Assembly (NCBI GenBank): GCA_963719085.1
Contig: CAVRAL010000004.1
Location: 544,001 to 608,000, forward strand
Direction of reading: 5' to 3'
DNA: 64,000 bases
Source: a candidate division FCPU426 bacterium
Lineage (GTDB): Bacteria; Oederibacteriota; Muellerivitia; Muellerivitales; Muellerivitaceae
In this document: positions 46,712-56,855 of the stretch, piece after piece
Layout: the number at the start of each line of letters is the position of its first letter
Numbering within the stretch: position 1 is the stretch's first letter
Program-made: the position numbers and the translations under genes
The notes under the pieces: generated by a model
What the model was told of the DNA's origin: nothing
What the model saw: the letters and a program-made list of their open reading frames with translations, nothing else
Databases searched by the model: none

Positions 46712-47461
46712 ATGATTTGCCCCAACTGCAAAAATGAAAAATGGAGCGAGGAGCCCTGCCCCCAGTGCGGACTCGACCAAAAAGCCGCCCTATTGACCCA
46801 AGGCGACCTCTACCAACAGCAAGGCCGGGACCTGGAAGCCGCGAAATTTTATGAGGATTATCTGCGCCTGGACCCGGATCAATGGGACGCCCTGCGTAAA
46901 CGCGCGATCGCCTTTTATAGCGCGGCGCTGGCCTCGGGGAACAAACCGCTTTTCGACAAGGCCGATCAAGCCTTGGCCCTGGCCTTGGACAAGGAATGGG
47001 ATTGGGAACAGGGGCACCAATTCCGGGTCAATTTATTTTACGCCTCGGGCAATCTGAAAGAACTGGAACAGGTCTATTCCCGGATCAGCCAACAGAACCC
47101 GCCGCGCAAGGAAATGGCCGAAAAGACCCTGAAGGTCATCCAACTGACCGAGAAATTCGCCAAACCCGGCCCGGACGGTTCCGCGTCCGCTTCCACGCGA
47201 CTGCTCAAAAAAATTCCCTGGCCTTTTCTTTTTTTACCTTCGGTCCCTTTTTGGTTATGGCTCATCCAAAAGCTTTTATTCCCGCCCGACGTCGAGGATG
47301 TTAATTCAAATCCGAAGGCCCTTTTCATCGGCGACGCCGTCCTATTTTTTTGCGGCCTCAGCTTGGTATTTATCGCCATCCTGTTTTTCCGCCAAAAGTC
47401 CCCGGACGCCAAACCCCTGAAGGACCATAAAAAATCCGAGTTAAATTTTCCGGGGAAATGA
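46712..47461 (+). CDS. Zinc-ribbon + TPR-like + two-TM membrane protein
   Basis: CPNC..CPQC, EAAKFYEDYLRLDP, two hydrophobic helices. Confidence 0.7.
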   Translation: MICPNCKNEKWSEEPCPQCGLDQKAALLTQGDLYQQQGRDLEAAKFYEDYLRLDPDQWDALRKRAIAFYSAALASGNKPLFDKADQALALALDKEWDWEQGHQFRVNLFYASGNLKELEQVYSRISQQNPPRKEMAEKTLKVIQLTEKFAKPGPDGSASASTRLLKKIPWPFLFLPSVPFWLWLIQKLLFPPDVEDVNSNPKALFIGDAVLFFCGLSLVFIAILFFRQKSPDAKPLKDHKKSELNFPGK

Positions 47462-47581
47462 AACACCCCGGGAATAAGGCCCTTCGGAAGGTTCCCGGAC
47501 TCGGCCTTTGGCTTGCAATCGGCGGCCTGGCCCATTAAGTTCAATCCCTGTAACCACCCTTGACGCGAAACGAGTCTTCCC

Positions 47582-48817
47582 ATGTCCCAAACCAAACCCC
47601 GCCTATTGGTTTTAGGTACCGGCTTCGGCGCCATCAGCCTGATCAAAGTAGTGGACCCCAAACTTTACGATGTCACCGGTGTCAGCCCCCGAAACCATTT
47701 TCTTTTCACCCCGCTGCTCCCCAGCACCACGGTGGGCACCTTGGAATTCCGGAGCATCGTGGAACCGGTCCGCCGGGCCTGCAAACACATGCGCTATTAC
47801 CAGGCTTCCAGCCGGGCGCTGGACACGGCGGCCAAAACCGTGCGCTGTGTCAGCTCCATCGACCAGACCGCCTTCGAGGTGCCCTACGACATCCTGGTCA
47901 TCTCCGTGGGGGCCAAGGTGAATACCTTCGGCATCGCCGGGGTGGCTGAACACTCGCTCTTTTTAAAGACCATCGACGACGCGCGCCGCATCCGCCGCCG
48001 GGTGATTGAGTGTTTTGAGCAGGCCTCCCAACCCAATGTGAACGAGGACAAATGCCGCCAGCTGCTTCATTTCATCAGCGTGGGCGGCGGGCCCACCGGC
48101 GTGGAATTCGCCGCCGAGCTGAATGACTTTGTCATGGGCGAATTGAAAGCCACCTTCCCCTCGCTCATCCCCTTCGTGAAAATTACCGTCATTGACGCCG
48201 CCGACCATATCCTCAGCGCGTTTGACAGCTCGCTCAGCCAATACGCCACCGAGCATTTCAAACGCCAGAACATCGAGGTTATTTCCAAAACGCGGGTCAC
48301 CGAGGTCGCTAAAGACACCCTCCACTTAAATGACGGCAGCCTGCTTCGTTACGGCATGCTGGTTTGGTCGACCGGCATCGGCCCCACCATCGCCGTGAAT
48401 AATTTCAACCTGCCCAAGGACAAGTCCTCCCGGATTTTGGTGGACGAGACTTTAAAGGTGAAGGGATTTGAGGATATTTACGCCATGGGCGACTGCGCCT
48501 TTTTCGGCGACAAGGGCCTGCCCGCCACCGCGCAGGTCGCCATGCAGGCCGGAAAATACTTAGGCAAGGCGTTCAACCAAAAGGCCAAGGGCCAAACGCC
48601 CGGCCCCTTCCAGTATCACAATTACGGAATGCTGGCCTATGTGGGGGACGACGCGGCCATCGCCAGCGTGGAAGGCCTGCAGGCCAAAGGCAAAGCCGCC
48701 TTCTTCTTTTGGCGTTCGGCTTATTTCACCCGGCTCCTGAGCGTCAAAAACAAAATCCTGGTTCTGTTCGATTGGACCAAGACCTTTTTCTTTGGCCGGG
48801 ATATCAGCCGGCTTTAA
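47582..48817 (+). CDS. ndh: Type II NADH dehydrogenase (NDH-2), copy 1
   Basis: GTGFGA, FLFTPLLP, GGGPTGVEFAAEL, GDCA, PATAQVAMQ. Confidence 0.9.
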   Translation: MSQTKPRLLVLGTGFGAISLIKVVDPKLYDVTGVSPRNHFLFTPLLPSTTVGTLEFRSIVEPVRRACKHMRYYQASSRALDTAAKTVRCVSSIDQTAFEVPYDILVISVGAKVNTFGIAGVAEHSLFLKTIDDARRIRRRVIECFEQASQPNVNEDKCRQLLHFISVGGGPTGVEFAAELNDFVMGELKATFPSLIPFVKITVIDAADHILSAFDSSLSQYATEHFKRQNIEVISKTRVTEVAKDTLHLNDGSLLRYGMLVWSTGIGPTIAVNNFNLPKDKSSRILVDETLKVKGFEDIYAMGDCAFFGDKGLPATAQVAMQAGKYLGKAFNQKAKGQTPGPFQYHNYGMLAYVGDDAAIASVEGLQAKGKAAFFFWRSAYFTRLLSVKNKILVLFDWTKTFFFGRDISRL

Positions 48818-48994
48818 TCGCCCGATGACTTCTAATCGCGCGACCGAAAACACCCCATTGCCACCCTCTTTTTAGTCCTTTTTTTGGGGAAAAAAGACCT
48901 CAGATTAGGTATGCTCTTGCGTGGTTTGAGCCCCCGAATGTCCTTTTAGCCCTGGTTTCTTTGAAGCGAACCCTGCTGAACGAGAGGAAAAAGC

Positions 48995-50233
48995 ATGCCG
49001 GCCCAGCCAAAGCCCAAGCTTTTGCTATTAGGAACGGGTTTCGCCTCCTTCAGTCTTTTGAAGAAGTTGAATTTCGACTATTTCGACGTCACCGTTGTCA
49101 GCCCCCAAAATTATCTTCTCTTTACGCCGCTTTTGGCCGGAACCACGGTCGGCACTCTGGAATTCAGGAATATCATTGAGCCCCTGCGCCGTTCTTTTCC
49201 TCAAGTCCGTTATTTTCAGGCCGCCTGCAAAGATTTGAATCTCACCCAAAAAACCGCCGCTTGCGTGGACAGCTTGGACGGATCCGAATTCGAGGTTCCT
49301 TTTGACTCCCTCGTGATCGCCCTGGGGGCCAAGGTCAATACCTTCGGCATCGAGGGAGTGCAGGAACACGCCATGTTCCTCAAGACCATTGAGGACGCCC
49401 AGCGCATCCGCCGGCGCATTTTGGAATGTTTTGAGCGGGCTTCCCGCCCCGACGCCACGCCGGAAAAACGCCGCCAGCTTTTAAATTTCGTGGTCATGGG
49501 CGGAGGCCCCACGGGCGCCGAGTTCGCGGCCGAACTGCATGATTTGATCCAACGGGAAATGAAGGCTTATTACGCTCCCCTTTTGCCCGAAGTGAACGTC
49601 ACCGTGATCGATGTGGCCGAGTTTATCTTGGGCGCTTTCGAAAAACCCTTGCGGGACTACGCCACGAAGCATTTCATCCAGAATGGCATCACGGTGAAAA
49701 CCGGCTGCAGCGCCACCCGGGTGGAAAAAGAAAAGATCCTTTTTAAAGACGGAACCGACATGGCCTACGGTCTTTTGGTTTGGGCCACCGGCATCGCCCC
49801 CACGCCCGCCGTGAAGGCTTTCAACCTGCTCAAGGACAAAGGTTCCCGGATCATGGTGGACGACCATTTGCGGGTTCAAGATCACCCGGGCGTTTACGCG
49901 CTGGGCGATTGCGCCGCGGTGGCCAACATGCCTTTGCCCGCGACGGCCCAGGTCGCCATGCAGCAAGGCGATTATTTGGGGCTGGAGCTGAACGCCCAAA
50001 TCGAGAACCGGGACCCCTCGGTGTTCAAATATCATCACTTGGGAATCATGTGCTACGTGGGGGACGACATCGCCATCGCGGATCTGCCCGCCTTCAAATG
50101 GCACGGCAAAACCGCCCATCTTTTTTGGCGGCTGGCTTACCTCATGCGGCTCATGACCCTCAAAAATAAATTCCTGGTTTTTTTCGGCTGGGTCAAAACC
50201 GCCCTCTTTGGCCGGGACATCAGCCGGATCTGA
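48995..50233 (+). CDS. ndh: Type II NADH dehydrogenase (NDH-2), copy 2
   Basis: Collinear paralog: LLFTPLL, GGGPTGAEFAAEL, PATAQVAMQ, FGRDISRI. Confidence 0.9.
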   Translation: MPAQPKPKLLLLGTGFASFSLLKKLNFDYFDVTVVSPQNYLLFTPLLAGTTVGTLEFRNIIEPLRRSFPQVRYFQAACKDLNLTQKTAACVDSLDGSEFEVPFDSLVIALGAKVNTFGIEGVQEHAMFLKTIEDAQRIRRRILECFERASRPDATPEKRRQLLNFVVMGGGPTGAEFAAELHDLIQREMKAYYAPLLPEVNVTVIDVAEFILGAFEKPLRDYATKHFIQNGITVKTGCSATRVEKEKILFKDGTDMAYGLLVWATGIAPTPAVKAFNLLKDKGSRIMVDDHLRVQDHPGVYALGDCAAVANMPLPATAQVAMQQGDYLGLELNAQIENRDPSVFKYHHLGIMCYVGDDIAIADLPAFKWHGKTAHLFWRLAYLMRLMTLKNKFLVFFGWVKTALFGRDISRI

Positions 50234-50339
50234 ACCCCCTCAAGATTTTTACAATGATAACGTCTGATTTTTCAAACCCATTTTTGATCTTCATCATCGT
50301 TCATCAGTCTTCATCCTTGTTCACAAAACCGGACTTTTC

Positions 50340-50909
50340 ATGATCACCCCCACCCATGCCGTTTATAACTTGGGCCTCCTGGGCCGCCAGGCTCATCCGG
50401 AAAGGACTTGGCCCATCCTTTTGGGAGCGTTTTTTCCCGACCTGCCCGGAACCTTTTGCATGCTTTACTGCCATTTCTTCCAAGGCGCCAGCTTTCAATC
50501 CATCCACGACGTGATTTATCCCTCCCCCTTTTGGCAGTCCTGGGCCGATTGGTTTCATTCCATTCCCCTGGCGGTTTTAGGCCTTCTGGTTTTCGCCCTT
50601 TTAAAATGGTTTCCCGGATTTTGGTTTTCCTTAAGCGCGGCGCTCCATTCACTGGAAGATATTCCGGTGCATTCGAGCAATCCCCACCAGCATTTTCTGC
50701 CTTTCAGCCATTGGCAGTTTTATAGTCCGGTTTCCTGCTATGACCCGAGGTTTCATCTGGCCTTGATCGCCCCGCTGGATTTCGCCTTGGCGCTCCTTTG
50801 CGCTTATTTCATTTGGCGCAGGGGGCTCTCAACCACCGGCAAGGCCGCCTTGGGCTTCGCGCTGGCGCTGGAAGCCGGCCATTCGGTTTTGGCGGTCTTG
50901 AAAGGTTAA
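50340..50909 (+). CDS. Membrane metal-dependent hydrolase-like protein
   Basis: TPTH, GAFFPDLP, FHSIP, LHSLEDIPVH. Confidence 0.7.
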   Translation: MITPTHAVYNLGLLGRQAHPERTWPILLGAFFPDLPGTFCMLYCHFFQGASFQSIHDVIYPSPFWQSWADWFHSIPLAVLGLLVFALLKWFPGFWFSLSAALHSLEDIPVHSSNPHQHFLPFSHWQFYSPVSCYDPRFHLALIAPLDFALALLCAYFIWRRGLSTTGKAALGFALALEAGHSVLAVLKG

Positions 50910-51171
50910 AAAAGACCGGCGAATAGGCCGACCTTCTTGAAAGAACCAAGGCTTTCAAAAATTCCGCCCCGAACCCGGTGATTGGGGTTAAACGACCGCC
51001 GGCGTAAAACGAAATCCATCGGCAAAATAAAGCGTTCATACCGATTTTATCCGGCTTGCTCCGTCTTTTTTTGCCGTTCGTTTTCCTTAAATATTTAAAA
51101 GAACCGTCGCAAATAAAAGCCCGCCGGACCTAAATTAAAATTAAGAAAAAAATCAAGAAAAGGAGAAAGCC

Positions 51172-51438
51172 ATGAGCCAGTCTCCAGCGCTTCACAATTT
51201 GATCTGGTTTCTCATCACAGGGGGCTTAATCGGTTGGGTCGCGAGCCTGTTGGTTCAGGGAGGCGGCATGGGTATTTTGGCCGACATCGCCGTGGGAATC
51301 GTGGGTTCCCTGTTCGGCGGTTGGCTGGCGGGTGTTTTAGGGATTGGTGTTTACGGATTTTGGGGCGCCTTTGGCATGTCGGTCGTGGGCGCGATCGTGT
51401 TGTTATTTATTTTGGGGATGATCCGGCGCGCGGCTTAA
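51172..51438 (+). CDS. GlsB/YeaQ/YmgE (transglycosylase-associated) membrane protein
   Basis: GGLIGWVAS, GILADIAVGIVGSLFGG, VVGAIVLL. Confidence 0.9.
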   Translation: MSQSPALHNLIWFLITGGLIGWVASLLVQGGGMGILADIAVGIVGSLFGGWLAGVLGIGVYGFWGAFGMSVVGAIVLLFILGMIRRAA

Positions 51439-51488
51439 CGCGCGCAGAAGGTAAAACTAACAACAACCGCTCGAACAAGGAGAAAACC

Positions 51489-51971
51489 ATGAGGAAATTT
51501 TTAAAACGAACCATGCTGGCGCTTCTCATGCTGGGATTTTCACCACTCGCGAATGCCGATGAGATTTTAACCGGGGCTTCCGGGCCTCTGGGGGTTGGAT
51601 TAGTCGTGGGACAACCCGGAAATTGGGGCGTTATCGGCAACCTATGGATTGACTCGATCAATTCATTCCAGCCGGCCATCAAGTTTGACGGCGGAAACCA
51701 GGCGATCCTGCAGTTGGATTACCTTTGGCACCGTTACAATATTGTCAGGCCCCAAGCGGGCGCGCTACCCTTTTATATCGGCATCGGGGGCGACCTGACC
51801 TTGGAAAACCAGGCGGCGGTGGGGGTCCGGCTCCCGCTGGGACTTTCTTACCAGTTTCCGCCTTCCACGCCTTTGGACCTGTTTGTCCAAATCGTGCCGA
51901 CGCTTTGGTTGAGCACGGGCAATAGCGCGTTGGATCTGTTCGCGGAAGCGGGCGCGCGGTTTTACCCTTAA
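51489..51971 (+). CDS. Small outer-membrane beta-barrel protein
   Basis: SD AAGGAG, signal peptide, LGVGLVVGQP, DYLWH, GVRLPLGL, GARFY. Confidence 0.72.
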   Translation: MRKFLKRTMLALLMLGFSPLANADEILTGASGPLGVGLVVGQPGNWGVIGNLWIDSINSFQPAIKFDGGNQAILQLDYLWHRYNIVRPQAGALPFYIGIGGDLTLENQAAVGVRLPLGLSYQFPPSTPLDLFVQIVPTLWLSTGNSALDLFAEAGARFYP

Positions 51972-51983
51972 GCCTAAAAGGCT

Positions 51984-52020
51984 AAAACCCTTTTCCCCGC
52001 CGCGGGAAAAGGGTTTTTTT
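51984..52020. terminator. Bidirectional intrinsic terminator
   Basis: AAAACCCTTTTCCC/GGGAAAAGGGTTTT between convergent genes. Confidence 0.8.
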
Positions 52021-53008
52021 ATTTCGTCTGAATCGAAGCGCTGACGCCCGGGATCTTGGGAAAATAACCGTTCTGAACATCCTGCAAAGCCGTGGGGTCG
52101 GCTTTCAAATAAGCGTCCCAAAAGGTAAGCGTGGCCTTCTGGATATACTGGTTCATCAAGGGGTTTTTGATCTTCCCGTCCAGCCCGACCCCCGCGAAGC
52201 TCATATGATTGGCCCCCTGGATCACGATTTCGTTCTTGTTTCCCCCGGACGGCATGCCGTCATAAGATTTCAGCCGCCAGTCCGCGGGCTGGCCCGACAA
52301 ACCCTTGTCCTTTGTGCCGCTCATAACCAAAAAAGGCCTTTGAATTCCCGTCCAAGCGTTGCCCTCAAACACGCCGGTCCCGTCCCCCTGGGGGGAAAGG
52401 GCGATGAAGGCCTGCGGCCGGGGATCGTTGAAGATCTGGGGTTTTTCTCCCGGCAAAGACACGACGGCGCCCGCCACCGCCAGGGTGGTATAGGCCCCGA
52501 AAGAATGGCCCGCCACACCCACGCGCTTCACGTCAAACAAGCCGCTGAGGTTCGGGTCCATGGCCTCAATATCCGAAAGATGGTCGAGGATAAAAGAAAT
52601 GTCCGCGGGCCGATTGATGAAGTTCGACTTGTTTTTCATCATTTTTTTAACCGCGCGCAAATTGTAGAGGAGCCTGTGTTTTTTGAGCAGGGAGGCGTCG
52701 CTGCCCAAATGGGTGGGATGGATCACCACGTAACCATGGGACGCCCAGTAGCTCCCCAAATAGCCGTAGCCGTCTTTGGAGCCGCCCGCCCCATGGGAAA
52801 AAATAATAATGGGAAAGGGCCAATGGCCTTGTCCTACCGGATAATAAACCGTGAGGGGGATGGCGCGGTTCCGGGCCGTATCCCGCAAGGCCAAACCGGG
52901 AAGCACGCCAAAGCGGTCGCTAGTGGCGATCACCACGTCCTGCGCCCGCGCCATAAGCGGGACCGAAAAATAAAGGCCTAGGATCGAAAGTAAAAAAAAT
53001 CGCCTCAT
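52019..53008 (-). CDS. Secreted alpha/beta hydrolase (PAF-acetylhydrolase/chlorophyllase-like)
   Basis: FSHGAGG, RPADISF, GHSFG nucleophile, GTKD, ANHMSF. Confidence 0.88.
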   Translation of the reverse strand: MRRFFLLSILGLYFSVPLMARAQDVVIATSDRFGVLPGLALRDTARNRAIPLTVYYPVGQGHWPFPIIIFSHGAGGSKDGYGYLGSYWASHGYVVIHPTHLGSDASLLKKHRLLYNLRAVKKMMKNKSNFINRPADISFILDHLSDIEAMDPNLSGLFDVKRVGVAGHSFGAYTTLAVAGAVVSLPGEKPQIFNDPRPQAFIALSPQGDGTGVFEGNAWTGIQRPFLVMSGTKDKGLSGQPADWRLKSYDGMPSGGNKNEIVIQGANHMSFAGVGLDGKIKNPLMNQYIQKATLTFWDAYLKADPTALQDVQNGYFPKIPGVSASIQTK

Positions 53009-53886
53009 TTTTTCTTCAAGAGCCCCGCGGCGGCCTCATCCACCATAAAAATCAGCCGGCCCGTGGGCCGAAGATATTGAATCGGGAACCGGGGCGGCTC
53101 CGAGGGCCCGTCCAGGACCTTTTGAAGCATGGGCGCCTTTTTGGGGCCCTCCGCCAAAACCACCAAACGGCGCGCGGCGTTCAACACCGGAAAGGTCAGG
53201 GAAACCCGTTCTTTCTTGACCGGGTCCACGAAATAACCCACCACCCATTTTTCCCGCTCATTCAACTGGGCCGTGCCCGGGAAAAGACTGGCCGTATGGC
53301 CGTCGTCGCCCATCCCCATCAAAGCGTAGTCAAAAACCGGGAGCTGGCCGGCGCCGAAAAATTTCCGGAGGCGGTTTTCCAACCAATTCGCGGCGTCCTG
53401 CACCGGCCGATTGGGATCGGTCCCCGGCGTGATGTTCTCCGGCGGCACCGGCACCTTGGACAATAAAAATTCCTGGGTCATGCGGTAATTGCTGGTCTCG
53501 TCCGTAAAGGGAACATGGCGCTCGTCCACCCAAAAGATAAAGGTCTTGGACCAGGGCATGAGCGAAAGATAAGGCTCCTCGGCCAATTGCTGGAACAATC
53601 CCTTGGGCGTGGAGCCGCCGGACAAGGCCACGGCGAAACGGTCCCGGGCCGTGACGGCTTCCAACGCCGTTTCCAAAAAGAAATGGGCGGCCTCGTCAAA
53701 TAAACTTTGGGCGTTGGCGTAAATTTTAATCTCCGGGGAAAATCCCAGCCGGCTCGCCTGGCTTTTCTTCCCTGGTTTGGCTGGTTTTTTTTCGACCGGT
53801 TTTATTTTTTTCTTCGCGGTGGGTTTGGAGGATTTTTTCGCTGGGGTTTTGGCCTTCGTGGTTTTTTTCGCCGGCTTCTTCTTCAT
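53005..53886 (-). CDS. pgl: 6-phosphogluconolactonase with Lys-rich N-terminal extension
   Basis: ALSGGSTP, FWVDERHV, SNY, GMGDDGHTASLFP, RVSLT. Confidence 0.93.
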   Translation of the reverse strand: MKKKPAKKTTKAKTPAKKSSKPTAKKKIKPVEKKPAKPGKKSQASRLGFSPEIKIYANAQSLFDEAAHFFLETALEAVTARDRFAVALSGGSTPKGLFQQLAEEPYLSLMPWSKTFIFWVDERHVPFTDETSNYRMTQEFLLSKVPVPPENITPGTDPNRPVQDAANWLENRLRKFFGAGQLPVFDYALMGMGDDGHTASLFPGTAQLNEREKWVVGYFVDPVKKERVSLTFPVLNAARRLVVLAEGPKKAPMLQKVLDGPSEPPRFPIQYLRPTGRLIFMVDEAAAGLLKKK

Positions 53887-54004
53887 CTTAATTCCTCCAG
53901 AACGTCGGATTCAGGCACAATTGAACCACGAAACAAGCCCCTTGCGAAGGCGCAAAAGGGCTTTTGTCTAGGACGATTTAACGGGGAAAAAGGTTGCGGC
54001 TTGT

Positions 54005-55114
54005 TTATAAAACGGGTTTTTCCAGGACCTGGCCGGCCAGTTCCAGCACCTTATCCCAGGCCTTATCGCCTTCCAGGTTTTTGAGGCCCTCGCCCAGCAC
54101 TTGGTTGGAATGAAGATGGTTAAAAGTCACCACGCGGGAAACCGATTCGCCGTTCTCCACTTCCGCCCGGGTGGTGACCACATTGGGGTCCGCGTCCCGC
54201 ACCACGGAAAAGAAACCGGGATGCTCGCCCCGGGTCATGATGCCGATGGCGAAAATACGGTCCCGCTTGGCGTCCTGCACCGGCACGGCCTTGAGAAGCA
54301 CTTCCACCGCCCCCGTGGGGCCGTCAAAGTTCAGTGTTTCAGGAACGGTCGCCACGGGCGATCCCTTGTATTTCCAGCCCAATTGATGCGCCATCCAAAG
54401 CGCCAGGAAGAAGCCCCTTAAAGGATGCGAGCCTTCCCCGTATTCAATCGTGACCTGGCGGATTTGGGGCAGGTATTTGGACCAGGCGCCGTCAAATAAC
54501 TCCGCGATCAGCGCGCGCCAGCGCTGCACCCTTATCCAATTCATGTCGGCCAACAGGGTCTTGGGAAAACGCTGGTTCCAGATAAAGGCCAGCCGCGCCA
54601 CCGAAAGCTCGGGATTTTTAAACCGCGCCGAGTCCACCCAAACCCGGTTGGACGCCTCGGCCATCTTGGCGAAAAATTTGTTTTTCAAGGGAAGGTCGCC
54701 CGGCCACCAAAGCTCCACCGGCAGGTCCGGCACCAAAAGCGAGAAGGTGAAGCCATACAGGTTTTCGATGTAGTCCTTTTGGGCCACGATTTTAATGGTG
54801 TCGCAGCAAACCCGGTGCTCGCGCTGTTCGGTCCAAAAGGGGCAATGGCCCGAGACGTAATAACGCACCGGAGCCTCGCCTAAATCCAGCGCCGGACGGA
54901 TCAGGATATAACGCCCGGGATGAAACTGGGTCAGGTCCATCAAAGCCCGCTCCACCCGGTAACCCGTCTCGTGATCCTCGGCGTAAGCCACCAGGTTGGT
55001 GGTATAAACCCGCTGCAGACCCGGCTCGCCTTCCTTGGCGGGCTCCACTTCCTTCCAAAGCTCCGTCAGGTCGTGCTCAATATCCTGGGCCGAAAGGCTC
55101 ATAACCGTCTCCAT
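54005..55114 (-). CDS. opcA: G6PDH assembly protein OpcA
   Basis: TNLVAY, HPGR, LLVPDLPVELWWPG, VDS, DMNW.R...WR; located between zwf and pgl. Confidence 0.85.
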   Translation of the reverse strand: METVMSLSAQDIEHDLTELWKEVEPAKEGEPGLQRVYTTNLVAYAEDHETGYRVERALMDLTQFHPGRYILIRPALDLGEAPVRYYVSGHCPFWTEQREHRVCCDTIKIVAQKDYIENLYGFTFSLLVPDLPVELWWPGDLPLKNKFFAKMAEASNRVWVDSARFKNPELSVARLAFIWNQRFPKTLLADMNWIRVQRWRALIAELFDGAWSKYLPQIRQVTIEYGEGSHPLRGFFLALWMAHQLGWKYKGSPVATVPETLNFDGPTGAVEVLLKAVPVQDAKRDRIFAIGIMTRGEHPGFFSVVRDADPNVVTTRAEVENGESVSRVVTFNHLHSNQVLGEGLKNLEGDKAWDKVLELAGQVLEKPVL

Positions 55115-56634
55115 TTACGCCAGGGTTTCTCTAAAAGCTTATCCGCCTCCGGCGGGCCCCAGGTCCCCGCCTCATAGTTCGGGAAGGATTGCTCGGGTTG
55201 GGTGGTTTCCCAATGGGTCAGCACCGGCATCAGGGCCTGCCAAGCCGCTTCCGCCTCGTCCCCGCGGATAAAAAGCGTGGCGTCCCCCAGCATGCAATCC
55301 AGCAGCAGCCGCTCGTAGGCTTCCGGCGCGTCCTCGGCGAAGCTGGTGCCGTAGCGGAAGTCCATGTTGACCGTGCGCGCTTCCGTGGTCATCCCCGGCA
55401 CCTTGGTCTCAAAGCGCAGCGTCATGCCCTCGTCGGGCTGGATGCGGATGACCAAAAGATTGGGCGAGAGCCCGCTCACGTTTTTCTTAAAGAGCAGGTT
55501 GGGGGGTTCTTTAAATTGAATGGCCACTTCGGTGGACCGCTTGGGCAGGCGTTTGGCCGAGCGCAGAAAAAAAGGCACCCCGTGCCAGCGCCAGGTATCC
55601 AGGAACACCTTCAAGGCCGCGTAGGTGGGCGTGATGGACTGGGGATTCACTTCTTGTTCTTCCCGGTAGCCCGGCACTTTTTGGCCCGCCAAATAACCCG
55701 GGCCATACTGGCCCCTCACGGCGAACTGGGAAATGGTCTCGGGTTTGAAAGAACGGATGGACTGGAGGATTTTTAATTTTTCGTCCCGGATCGCGTTGGC
55801 CTCAAAGGCCACCGGCGGCTCCATGGCCACCATGCACATGACCTGAAAAAGATGGTTTTGAAACATGTCGCGCAAAACGCCCGAGCTTTCGTAATAGCCC
55901 GCCCGGCTTCCCACGCCCAATTCCTCGGCGGCGGTGATTTGCACATGATCCACGTTCTCCCGGTTCCAAATCGGCTCGAAGATGGAATTGGCGAAACGCA
56001 TGACCAAAAGATTTTGGACCGTTTCCTTGCCCAGGTAATGGTCAATGCGGTAAATCTGGTGCTCTTTAAAAACTTCCTGGACCTTTTGGTTGAGCTCTTT
56101 GGCCGAATCCAGGTCGTGGCCGAAGGGCTTCTCAATCACGATGCGGGAGTAGCCTTTTTCCTCTTTGGACAGCCCGGCGTTGCCGAGGTTGGAAATGATG
56201 CTTTCAAACACGTTCGGCGGGGTGGACAGATAAAAAACCCGGTTGCCTGAGGTGCCGTTGGCCTTATCCATGTCGCTGAGCATGGTGGAAAGGGCTTGGT
56301 AGGCCTTGGGATCGTCATAGCCCCCGGCCAGATAATGAAAGTTTTGCGAGAAACTTTCCCAAAGCGCGTCCGTCAATTCGGGTTCGGCTTTTTTCAGCAT
56401 TTCTTTAAGTTTTTGTTTGAAGGCGTCGTCTGAGATTTTGGAACGGGAAATTCCGATCAAGCTGAAAGAGGCGGGCAGCAAGTGCTTCTTATAAAGGTTG
56501 TAAAGGGCCGGAACCAATTTACGCGCGGTCAGATCGCCCGAGGCGCCATAAATGACCAAACTGCAGGGAACGGGAACCCGGTCCGCGGAAAGTCCAACCC
56601 GAAGGGGATTCGTAATAACGCCGGCTGTGGCCAT
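55099..56634 (-). CDS. zwf: Glucose-6-phosphate 1-dehydrogenase
   Basis: GASGDLTARKL, EKPFG, RIDHYLGKE, RDMFQNH, AYERLL. Confidence 0.98.
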   Translation of the reverse strand: MATAGVITNPLRVGLSADRVPVPCSLVIYGASGDLTARKLVPALYNLYKKHLLPASFSLIGISRSKISDDAFKQKLKEMLKKAEPELTDALWESFSQNFHYLAGGYDDPKAYQALSTMLSDMDKANGTSGNRVFYLSTPPNVFESIISNLGNAGLSKEEKGYSRIVIEKPFGHDLDSAKELNQKVQEVFKEHQIYRIDHYLGKETVQNLLVMRFANSIFEPIWNRENVDHVQITAAEELGVGSRAGYYESSGVLRDMFQNHLFQVMCMVAMEPPVAFEANAIRDEKLKILQSIRSFKPETISQFAVRGQYGPGYLAGQKVPGYREEQEVNPQSITPTYAALKVFLDTWRWHGVPFFLRSAKRLPKRSTEVAIQFKEPPNLLFKKNVSGLSPNLLVIRIQPDEGMTLRFETKVPGMTTEARTVNMDFRYGTSFAEDAPEAYERLLLDCMLGDATLFIRGDEAEAAWQALMPVLTHWETTQPEQSFPNYEAGTWGPPEADKLLEKPWRKWRRL

Positions 56635-56855
56635 GAGAAACCTCGTTTTGAGATGAAGAGCGAATCTAGGGGGCTATTTCAACAAAGGCCCAAATTTCAT
56701 TCAACCCTATTATCAAGGATATTTTGGATAGACACCCAAACTTCATTCAACCCGAATGATGAACAAAGCCCTTTTCCTTCAAATGTTTTTTTAATCTTGC
56801 ATAATGTTCGCGACGATTTAAAAATCCTCCGGGTTTAACCCGAAACACAAAAGGT

